From contig JACPOQ010000028.1 in NCBI GenBank assembly GCA_016191435.1, positions 241,155 to 305,154 on the forward strand: DNA of 64,000 nucleotides, read 5' to 3'. The notes under the pieces are model-generated. The model was not told the origin of the DNA, made no database searches, and saw nothing but the letters and a program-made list of their open reading frames with translations. How positions within the stretch are numbered: position 1 is the stretch's first letter; each line of letters opens with the position of its first letter. Shown here piece after piece: positions 18,550 to 26,150 of this stretch. The DNA comes from Chloroflexota bacterium. GTDB lineage: Bacteria; Chloroflexota; Dehalococcoidia; Tepidiformales; Tepidiformaceae. A program made the position numbers and the translations under genes.

Positions 18550-18768
18550 GACGCCATCATCGAGCCGCGCTTCGATGCGCCGGAGCCGGCGGTCGATGCT
18601 GCGCATCGAGCGGCGGAAGATGGCCATCGTCACGAAGAAGTCGGCCCAGAGCAGGCTCACGCCCGTGGAGAGGAAGACGTCCTGGACGACTTGCTGGTTC
18701 ACCAGGATAGCTGCCAGGACGAAGGCGACGCCGATCCCCGAGACGATCGATGGCAGCACGATCAGCAT
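18487..18768 (-). CDS. Small hypothetical membrane protein (93 aa, 2 TM)
   Basis: MLIVLPSIVSGIGVAFVLAAILV...LLWADFFVTMAIF. Very high GC3. Its 3' end overlaps the UbiA 3' end by 63 nt. Confidence 0.4.
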   Translation of the reverse strand: MLIVLPSIVSGIGVAFVLAAILVNQQVVQDVFLSTGVSLLWADFFVTMAIFRRSMRSIDRRLRRIEARLDDGVSGGGKEHERDGGAARGDQPK

Positions 18769-18814
18769 TACCGGCCTCCGTGCGGCCGGCCCATGCGGCT
18801 TCGCGCGTATGCGA

Positions 18815-19627
18815 TCAGCCTCGCCATGGCATCTCTCCCGCGAGCCGCAGGAAATCGCTGTGCACCGCCGGCGTGGCCGCGACCGTGGCTTCGCTGAAGA
18901 TCGTCGCAGGGCCGCCGTCGCGGTCGCTGACGATGCCGCCGGCTTCGCGCACGAGCAGAAGGCCCGCGGCCACATCCCACGGCTCCAGCTTCGAATGCAG
19001 GAAGATGTCCCATCGCCCGGCGGCAAGGTAGGCGAAGCCGAGCGCCGCTGAGCCCGCCACCCGCAGGCCCTGCATTCCCGGCCAAAGCGCGCGGGCAAGG
19101 TCAAGCTGGCGTGCGCCGCGGCGGTCGTCATAGCCGAGGTCAATCGCGACCATCCCCTCGCGGATCGTGGCGCAGTCCGAGACGGCCATCGCGCGGCGGT
19201 TCCAGGTTGCGCCCCCGTCCGCCACCGCTGCGAACTCCTCATCGAGCAGCGGGTGATACGTGAGGGCCACGACCGGCTCGCAATCGAAGCAAAGGGCTAT
19301 CGAGAACGCGAAATGCGGGATCGCGCGCGAGAAGTTCTTCGTGCCATCGATGGGGTCGCAGATCCAGAGCCAGCCGTCGGAGCGCGTCGTGGCCGCGGTC
19401 TCTTCGCTGAGGACCGCGTGCGCCGGGTACTCACGGCCAAGGATCGCGAGCACGGCCGCCTCCACCGCCAGGTCCGTCTCGGTGACGACATTGCCCCGGC
19501 CTTTGATCCTGGTGGCGCCAACGCGGCCGTAAGCGTCGCGAATCAGCTCCGCCGCGGCGCCCGAGCACTGGCGCGCGACGTCGAGCGGCGAGTGCCCGCT
19601 GGTCGAGATGGGGAGGCCGGGTGTCAC
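18815..19627 (-). CDS. Inositol monophosphatase (SuhB/IMPase) family protein
   Basis: LSEETA, WICDPIDGTKNF, GSAALGFAYLAAGRWD, WDVAAG motifs. GTG 19627 sits just after the upstream gene's stop. Confidence 0.85.
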   Translation of the reverse strand: MTPGLPISTSGHSPLDVARQCSGAAAELIRDAYGRVGATRIKGRGNVVTETDLAVEAAVLAILGREYPAHAVLSEETAATTRSDGWLWICDPIDGTKNFSRAIPHFAFSIALCFDCEPVVALTYHPLLDEEFAAVADGGATWNRRAMAVSDCATIREGMVAIDLGYDDRRGARQLDLARALWPGMQGLRVAGSAALGFAYLAAGRWDIFLHSKLEPWDVAAGLLLVREAGGIVSDRDGGPATIFSEATVAATPAVHSDFLRLAGEMPWRG

Positions 19628-19653
19628 GCCCTCCAGCCTACAGCCGCGGAGGG

Positions 19654-20280
19654 CTAAGCACGCGGCCCTGCAGCGCGGTCGCGGTACTCCTTCATGCTCG
19701 TGGCGTGGGCCGGCGACCACCGGTCGCGGGCGGCGAGGATATCGAGTGGCAAGCGCCCCTGGGGCGCGTCTTCGCGCCGCCGGAGATCGTCCGGCAGTGA
19801 GTCGGGGTCGCCAGGGTAGCCGATTGCTACCACGGCGAGGATCTGGAGGTCCGGCGGGGCCGCGAACACGGCGCGCACGGCGGCCGAATCGAAACCGGCC
19901 ATGGGGTGAGCGATGAGTCCGAGCGCGGTGGCCTGGGCAAGCAGGTTTCCGGTCGCGATGCCGGCGTGGAACGCCCAGAGCTCGCGTTGGGTGCCGTCCG
20001 GTTCCCGCTGGACCGTGTCATTCGCCGGGATCGCGGCCACCGCAACGAGCAGCGGCGCGTGCCCGGCCCAGCTCTGGTTCCCGGGGGAAAGCGCGTGGAA
20101 GAGGCTCTGGCGGACGCTCTCGGACTCGGCCACCAGGAGCCGCCACGGCTGGCTGTTCCCGTGGCTCGGCGCGAGCGCGACGGCCTGCCAGAGCGTCTCC
20201 TGGACGCCGGCCGGGATCGGGGATGGCGAGAACGCGCGGCGGGCGCGGCGGGACGACAGCGCATCGAGGACTTCAGGCAT
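19654..20280 (-). CDS. Nitroreductase-family protein
   Basis: SRRARRAFSPSPIP, PSHGNSQPWRLLV. ATG at 20280. Confidence 0.8.
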   Translation of the reverse strand: MPEVLDALSSRRARRAFSPSPIPAGVQETLWQAVALAPSHGNSQPWRLLVAESESVRQSLFHALSPGNQSWAGHAPLLVAVAAIPANDTVQREPDGTQRELWAFHAGIATGNLLAQATALGLIAHPMAGFDSAAVRAVFAAPPDLQILAVVAIGYPGDPDSLPDDLRRREDAPQGRLPLDILAARDRWSPAHATSMKEYRDRAAGPRA

Positions 20281-20318
20281 GCGGGCCTCCTTCAGTAGAA
20301 CGAGATTACACTGCGCCC

Positions 20319-21173
20319 GTGCCTGTGTTCGTTGGGCTGGACCTGGCGTGGACGCCCCACCACGAGAGTGGGCTCTGCGCGCTTCGCCTCGATTCTGCCG
20401 GCTTCGAGTTGATCGAGCTGTCGTGCCGGATAGAGACGCCTGCCGCGTTCGCCGCAATCCTCGCCGGGTTCGGGCCAGACGCCGTTGCGGCCGTCGATGC
20501 GCCGCTCGTGCGGACCGCGGCCTGCACCGCCGAACGCGAGCTCGCGCGAGCCTTCGGCCGCTACCGCGCTTCGGCCTACAACGCCAACACCTCGTTCCTC
20601 GAGCGCAAAGGGCTGATGGCGGGCCCGCAATTAGGTGACGCCCTCCGGGCACAAGGCTTCTCGCTCGACCCATCGTCTCTGGCGCCCTGCGGCACGGGGC
20701 GGGTGGCGTTCGAGATGTACCCGCATGCGGCGCACGTGGTGCACTTCTCGCTTGCCGAGCGGCTGAAGTACAAGAAGGGCCGACTCGCCGGCCGCCTGCT
20801 CGCGTTCGTTGCCTACCAGGCGCACCTGCGCGGGTTCGCGGAGCGCACGGCCCCGGGCCTGGCGGAAAACCGCGCTATCGCCGCCCTGCTGGATCCGGCG
20901 GCGATCCCCGCCGCGGGCCGCGCACTCAAGGCGCACGAGGACCAGCTCGACGCGCTCACGTGCGCACTCGTGGCCTGCCGCGCCTGGCGCGACGGCGTGG
21001 CGGCCTGCGAGATTTTCGGGAGCGCGGCGGCCGGCTACATCGCCGTGCCGGGCCTACGCTTCGATAGCCGCTTCGGCGCGCTCCATGCGCTCCGGTGCAC
21101 TCATCCCCATGAGCCCGAGGACGCGGGCGAGGCTGATCTTCGCGGCCTGGACGAGGCGCAAACGGGCGCGTGA
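20319..21173 (+). CDS. DUF429 (predicted RNase H-like fold) protein
   Basis: VFVGLDLAWT..., AVDAPL, HEDQLDALTCALVA pattern. GTG start. The 3' end overlaps argS. Confidence 0.6.
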   Translation: MPVFVGLDLAWTPHHESGLCALRLDSAGFELIELSCRIETPAAFAAILAGFGPDAVAAVDAPLVRTAACTAERELARAFGRYRASAYNANTSFLERKGLMAGPQLGDALRAQGFSLDPSSLAPCGTGRVAFEMYPHAAHVVHFSLAERLKYKKGRLAGRLLAFVAYQAHLRGFAERTAPGLAENRAIAALLDPAAIPAAGRALKAHEDQLDALTCALVACRAWRDGVAACEIFGSAAAGYIAVPGLRFDSRFGALHALRCTHPHEPEDAGEADLRGLDEAQTGA

Positions 21174-22802
21174 CATCTCGGCGTCATCCGTGATGGTCTT
21201 GAGCGACGAGTCGTTCTGCTGCTTGAAGGCGTCGTTGAGCGCGTGGAATGCGGTCGCCAGCGACATCGCATAGTGCGGCAGGTGCTGCGGCTCATAGGTC
21301 GTCGCGACGAGCTGGATGACCTCGGTCAGCCGCATCATCTCGCGGATCAGCGCGAGCTCATGCGGCTGTGTGAGGAGCGACACGTCGCCGCCCTCCGGCG
21401 TGAGGCCCTGCTCGGCGCCGTGGCGGAGGATGCCCGCCAGGCGTGCGTGTGCGTACTGGACGTAGAACACCGGGTTTTCGTTCGATTGCTTCTTCGCGAG
21501 GTCGAGGTCGAACTCCATCTGCGCGCCCGGGGAGCGCAGCAGGAAGAAGAACCGCGCGGCATCGGCGCCGACTTCGTCGATGAGCTCATCGAGCGTGATG
21601 ATCTCCCCGCTCCGCTTGGAAAGCCGCACGATTTCGCCGCCGCGTTTCAGCGTCACGAGCTGGTACAGCAGGACCTGCAATGCCTCGCGGTCGGCGCCAA
21701 CGGCCTGCGTCGCCGTCTTCAAGCGCGAGACGTGGCCGTGATGGTCGGCGCCCCACACGTCGATCACGAGGTCAAACTCGCGGCGGACGAACTTGTCGAA
21801 GTGGTAGGCGATGTCGCTGCCGTAGTACGTGGGGCGCCCATCCGAGCGGACTACCACGTTGTCCTTGTCTTCGCCCAGTTCGCTCGAAGTAAACCAGCGC
21901 GCCCCCTCGCGCTCCACGAGCTGCCCGTTCGCGGCCAGCAAGTCCATCGCCTCGGAGTAGGCACCGCCCGGGTCATACAGCGAGCGTTCGCTAAACCAGC
22001 GGTCGTAGCGCACGCCGAAGTGTTCGAGCGTGTCGCGGATGTGCTCCACCATGACTTCGATGCCGCGCGTGTTGAGCTCGGGCGGGCCGAATTCCCCCGC
22101 GGGGCGAAGGAAGGCGTCGCCGGCTTCGTCCTTGATTTCGCGGGCGAGGACGGCCATGTAGCTGCCTGGATACCCGTCTTTCGGGATTTCCACGTCGCGG
22201 CCGAAGAGCTGCTGGTAGCGGGCGTAGAGCGTGTCGCCGAACGTATCGGTCTGGGTGCCAGCGTCGTTGACGTAGTATTCGCGCTCGGTTTCATAGCCGG
22301 CGGCGGCGAGGCCGGAAGCGAGCGCGTCGCCGATGGCGGCGCCGCGGCCATTGCCGACGTGCAGCGGGCCGGTGGGGTTCGCCGAGACGAATTCCACCTG
22401 GGCCTTCTTGCCCTTGCCGAGCGTGAGGTCGGCGTAGCCCGGCCCGAGCGCGATTACCTGCTCGACCTGGGACTGGAGGAACGCGTTCGAAAGCCGGAGG
22501 TTGATGAAGCCCGGTGGCGCCACCGTCGGCGGGTCGATGGCGGGGTCTGCGGCGATGTGGCCGGCGATCACTTCCGCGATGGCGATTGGTGGCTTCATGG
22601 CCGCACGCGCGAGCCGCAGTGGCAGGCTGCTTGCGAAGTCGCCATTGGCGGCATCTTTCGGGCGCTCGATGGCGCTACCCGGGACGGGCACATCCGGCAG
22701 GTCGTGGGCGACCACGGCCGCCCGCACGGCGGCATCGAGAAGTGCTTCGAGGTGCTGGCGGATGTTTCGGGCGTCGGCCATGGAACGGACAGCGTACCGC
22801 AT
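21054..22802 (-). CDS. argS: Arginine--tRNA ligase
   Basis: SANPTGPLHVGNGRGAAIGD (HIGH region). C-terminal LGLMGMSAPERM. RBS GGAAGGG before ATG 22802. Confidence 0.95.
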   Translation of the reverse strand: MRYAVRSMADARNIRQHLEALLDAAVRAAVVAHDLPDVPVPGSAIERPKDAANGDFASSLPLRLARAAMKPPIAIAEVIAGHIAADPAIDPPTVAPPGFINLRLSNAFLQSQVEQVIALGPGYADLTLGKGKKAQVEFVSANPTGPLHVGNGRGAAIGDALASGLAAAGYETEREYYVNDAGTQTDTFGDTLYARYQQLFGRDVEIPKDGYPGSYMAVLAREIKDEAGDAFLRPAGEFGPPELNTRGIEVMVEHIRDTLEHFGVRYDRWFSERSLYDPGGAYSEAMDLLAANGQLVEREGARWFTSSELGEDKDNVVVRSDGRPTYYGSDIAYHFDKFVRREFDLVIDVWGADHHGHVSRLKTATQAVGADREALQVLLYQLVTLKRGGEIVRLSKRSGEIITLDELIDEVGADAARFFFLLRSPGAQMEFDLDLAKKQSNENPVFYVQYAHARLAGILRHGAEQGLTPEGGDVSLLTQPHELALIREMMRLTEVIQLVATTYEPQHLPHYAMSLATAFHALNDAFKQQNDSSLKTITDDAEMSRARLRLVQAAKISLARVLGLMGMSAPERMERAEAAIEA

Positions 22803-22834
22803 CCGCCCTTCCGATAAACCGCCGGCCGGCCCCG

Positions 22835-23695
22835 CTACCCCTTGCCCTGGAGCGCCTCGGCGAAGCGCTGGCGGCGCTCCTCGGGGGACATCGCCGTGCG
22901 GTCGCCGCCGAAGATGCCGCCGGGCGCAAGGGTGATCCCGCCATCGACCACAATCGCCTGCCCCGTGACGAAGCTGGAGGCGTCGCTTGCGAGCCAGAGC
23001 GCGGCTTCCGCGATATCGGCCGGCACCCCGGAGCGCTTGATCGGCTGTGCCTGCGCGAGCACGGCCTTCATCGGTTCGATGGTGGCATCGGCCTGGTCGT
23101 ACGTGAGGCCCATCCCCGTCGCGAAGATCGGCGTGGCAATCCCGCCGGGACAGATCGCGTTTACGCGGATCCCGAGTGGGCCGAGTTCCACCGCGGCCGT
23201 CTTCGACAAATGGATAACGGCCGCCTTCGCCGTGCTGTACACCACTGGCCCGAAGATTGCGCCGACGCCGGCAACGCTCGCCGTACTGATGATGCTGCCG
23301 CTGCCCTGCCGCTTCATCACGCGGGCGGCATGCTTCAGGCCGCAGACGACGCCCCGCAAGAGCACGCCCATCGTGCGGTCGTACTCGGCCATGTCGAGCT
23401 CATCGATGAGGCCGCTGACGCCGCCAAAGCCGGCGTTGTTGTACATGCAATCGAGGCGGCCGAAGCGGCGGACGGCGAGGTCGATGGCATTGGCCACGTC
23501 CCCCTCCTGGGAGACGTCGGTGTGGCAGAACGTGGTCGCGGTGCCGAGCTCCTCCGCGAGCTTCTCGCCGCGTGCGTCCTGAACATCGGCGATCACGACC
23601 TTTGCCCCCTCTGCTGCAAAGAGCCGCACCGTGCCCTCGCCGATGCCGCTCGCGCCGCCGGTCACAACGGCGATTTTCCCTTCCAACCGTCCCAT
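22835..23695 (-). CDS. SDR-family oxidoreductase
   Basis: TGGASGIG, NNAG, YSTAKAAV (YxxxK). Confidence 0.9.
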   Translation of the reverse strand: MGRLEGKIAVVTGGASGIGEGTVRLFAAEGAKVVIADVQDARGEKLAEELGTATTFCHTDVSQEGDVANAIDLAVRRFGRLDCMYNNAGFGGVSGLIDELDMAEYDRTMGVLLRGVVCGLKHAARVMKRQGSGSIISTASVAGVGAIFGPVVYSTAKAAVIHLSKTAAVELGPLGIRVNAICPGGIATPIFATGMGLTYDQADATIEPMKAVLAQAQPIKRSGVPADIAEAALWLASDASSFVTGQAIVVDGGITLAPGGIFGGDRTAMSPEERRQRFAEALQGKG

Positions 23696-23802
23696 TACTA
23701 CTCTCTCCCTCTGGTTCGAAGGCGCAGTCTACGGGGGACGCGCATAAGTGGCGAACCATCCGCCGACTGGGACGAGCGTGGCAATCGGCGACGGTGGAGG
23801 CG

Positions 23803-24324
23803 CTAACCGAGCGCGAAGGGGAACCCGTTGCTGCGGGCGAGGTCCGCGACCTGGAGGGCCGCTTCCTCCGCCTGGGCGATGACTTCGCCGGGGTACCCGT
23901 ACTTGCGCTGGTGGACTTCGAACTCGTCTTCATCGAGCAGTTCGATGCAGCCGTTGGGCCGCACGGCCACATCGAGGTCCAGGTCGACGTAGCTCAGGTG
24001 GCCGCCCTGCAGTTGCGGCGGCGTCGTCACGTTGCAGTACCAGAGCGCGAGCGAACAGCCGGGCCGCGAGAGCCGGAAGACGTTGTACCAGCGATCGCGC
24101 CAGAAGTAGACGCGGCTGTTGTAGGGCGACCGGAACTCGCCGCGGCTGGTGTAGATGGGGGTGCGGGCACGGTAGTCGGTGACGAGCAGCGTGCCATCGT
24201 CCGAGAGGACGCGGAACGGCTGAACCCAGTGGGCGGCGCCATCGAACTTGGTGGCGCGCAGCAGGATGCGCATCCCTGGGGTCGCGACCGTCTGCTCTTT
24301 GACTTCCATGGCGGGATGATACAT
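23803..24324 (-). CDS. DUF402 (FomD-like nucleoside diphosphatase fold) protein
   Basis: WYNVFRL, YVDLDLDVAV pattern. 173 aa. Confidence 0.65.
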   Translation of the reverse strand: MYHPAMEVKEQTVATPGMRILLRATKFDGAAHWVQPFRVLSDDGTLLVTDYRARTPIYTSRGEFRSPYNSRVYFWRDRWYNVFRLSRPGCSLALWYCNVTTPPQLQGGHLSYVDLDLDVAVRPNGCIELLDEDEFEVHQRKYGYPGEVIAQAEEAALQVADLARSNGFPFALG

Positions 24325-24398
24325 AGCGAAAGCGGCCGAAATGCCGTTGCTTACGTGAAGTTGGTTGGAAATCCACGCGAGATCAGGGTTTACGGCAG

Positions 24399-24551
24399 TC
24401 AGTCGTTTGCGAGCACTACGCCGAGGACCACGCCCGCGATGATGGCAGCGCTGCCAACGAATGCGATGATCGCGATGTGGATACTGGCGAACTTCGTCCG
24501 GACTTCAAGGTGCATCGGTGCAGCGTTCGGGTCGGTGGTGGCGTCGGCCAT
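24399..24551 (-). CDS. Small tail-anchored membrane protein (50 aa), hypothetical
   Basis: MADATTDPNAAPMHLEVRTKFASIHIAIIAFVGSAAIIAGVVLGVVLAND. The rest of the 315-aa ORF is antisense to the DUF309 gene. Confidence 0.35.
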   Translation of the reverse strand: MADATTDPNAAPMHLEVRTKFASIHIAIIAFVGSAAIIAGVVLGVVLAND

Positions 24552-24629
24552 CTTTCGCGCTCCCGGCGGGTGATGGCTCCATTCTGCGGCGGGCACGCGC
24601 TTCGCGCACGAACTGGTAGGCTGGGTGCC

Positions 24630-25151
24630 ATGGCGCAAACCGATCAGCGACCGGCGGGCCGGCGCCCGAAACAGATCGTGACAAAGACAATCACCGTGCC
24701 CGGTAACCTCGTGCAGGCATGCCGGGAGTTCAACAGCGGCCGCTTCTTCGCGTGCCACGAAACGCTGGAGGAGATCTGGCAGGAGGAGCAGGGTGACGTC
24801 CGTGACCTGTACAAGGGGCTCATCCAGGTGGCGGCCGCGTTCGTCCACGTGACGCGTGCCAACTATCACGGCGCCAGCCGGCTGCTGACGACCGCGCTCG
24901 CTTACCTCGCTCCCTACCGGGCGGAAGGGGCGATGGGCTTCGATCTCGAAGCGATCTGCGCGCAGGCCGAGGCGGCACTGGCCCACCTCGAGGAGGTCGG
25001 CCCGGGACGCACGCACGAGCTCTACCCGGCGCTCGCGCCCACGTACGCGGTCGACCTGGCCGCACTCGCGGGCGAGTCCGAACGATGGCAGGCCTGGGGC
25101 TTCGACCGCCATGGGAACGCCGTGGAGATGCAAATCGAGGTCGCGGAGTAG
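24630..25151 (+). CDS. DUF309 protein
   Basis: FNSGRFFACHETLEEIWQEE...LYKGLIQVAAAFVH pattern. ATG 24630. Confidence 0.65.
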   Translation: MAQTDQRPAGRRPKQIVTKTITVPGNLVQACREFNSGRFFACHETLEEIWQEEQGDVRDLYKGLIQVAAAFVHVTRANYHGASRLLTTALAYLAPYRAEGAMGFDLEAICAQAEAALAHLEEVGPGRTHELYPALAPTYAVDLAALAGESERWQAWGFDRHGNAVEMQIEVAE

Positions 25152-25354
25152 CCGCAGGTCGCGGACATGTCTCCCGGGGGCGCTCACAGTTCCTGCACAT
25201 TTCCGCGGCATCGTCGGGGAGGCGCTGCAGCGGGAAGCATCTCGATGGGAAGCGCTATTCCTGGCCGGAAGTGTGACGAACTGCGCACTGATCCGGTTCA
25301 TTACCTTGGACAGGGTGCCTCGGGTAAGCGAGTCGCCTATCCTCAATCCTAGCC

Positions 25355-25373
25355 GGGCGGCCGCGGGCCGCCC
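25355..25373. other. Perfect 8-bp GC stem with 3-nt loop, inverted repeat 27 nt upstream of the ABC ATPase start
   Basis: gggcggcc-gcg-ggccgccc read directly. No T-tract follows. Function unknown. Confidence 0.5.
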
Positions 25374-25399
25374 GTGAACCGTGGAGAGAGCTGCGCAAT

Positions 25400-26149
25400 A
25401 TGGAACCGAGGCAAGACGGCAAGCGCGAATTCGGTGAGGTGGTCATCGACGCGCGCGGGGTGGTGAAGACGTACGACACCAGCACCGTGGAGGTGCGCGC
25501 GTTGCGGGGGGTGGATCTGCAGGTCCGCAAAGGCGAGATGGTCGCGATCATGGGACCGTCCGGGTGCGGGAAGACGACGCTCCTGAATAGCCTCTCCGGG
25601 CTGGACGAATTCGATTCGGGCACCGTCTTCATCGAAGGCACCGACATCAACCGCATGCCCGACGACAAGAAGACCGAGTTCCGCGCCAAAGACATGGGGT
25701 TCGTGTTCCAGACCTACAACCTGTTGCCCGTGCTCACCGCTGTCGAAAACGTCGAGCTGCCGCTCATCGTTTCGGGGACGAAGCCGAAAGTGGCGCGAGA
25801 GATGGCCCTCAAGTCCCTCGACCGCGTGAACCTGCGCGACTGGGCAAACCAGCGGCCGGCGCAGCTCTCCGGTGGCCAGCGCCAGCGCATCACCATCGCC
25901 CGCGCCCTGGTCAACCGGCCTGCGATCGTCTGGGCCGATGAGCCCACCGGGGCGCTCGATTCCGCCACGGCCACCGAGATCATGGACTTAATCGTTGAAC
26001 TGAACTCCGAGGAGCACCAGACCTGCGTGATCGTGACGCACGACCCGAAAGTGGCAGCCCGCTGCCATCGGACGATCCACATGGCCGACGGGCTGATCGT
26101 GCGCGAGGACAGCCAGGCGCAAATGGTAGCCGTGGCGGCGGAGCACTGA
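25400..26149 (+). CDS. ABC transporter ATP-binding protein (MacB-like), NBD-C, no C-terminal extension
   Basis: [39 protein letters not shown]. Confidence 0.92.
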   Translation: MEPRQDGKREFGEVVIDARGVVKTYDTSTVEVRALRGVDLQVRKGEMVAIMGPSGCGKTTLLNSLSGLDEFDSGTVFIEGTDINRMPDDKKTEFRAKDMGFVFQTYNLLPVLTAVENVELPLIVSGTKPKVAREMALKSLDRVNLRDWANQRPAQLSGGQRQRITIARALVNRPAIVWADEPTGALDSATATEIMDLIVELNSEEHQTCVIVTHDPKVAARCHRTIHMADGLIVREDSQAQMVAVAAEH

Positions 26150-26150
26150 G

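Noticed and set aside
21243-22817. 524-aa plus-strand ORF
   Set aside because: Antisense to argS, which has HIGH-region and anticodon-domain signatures.
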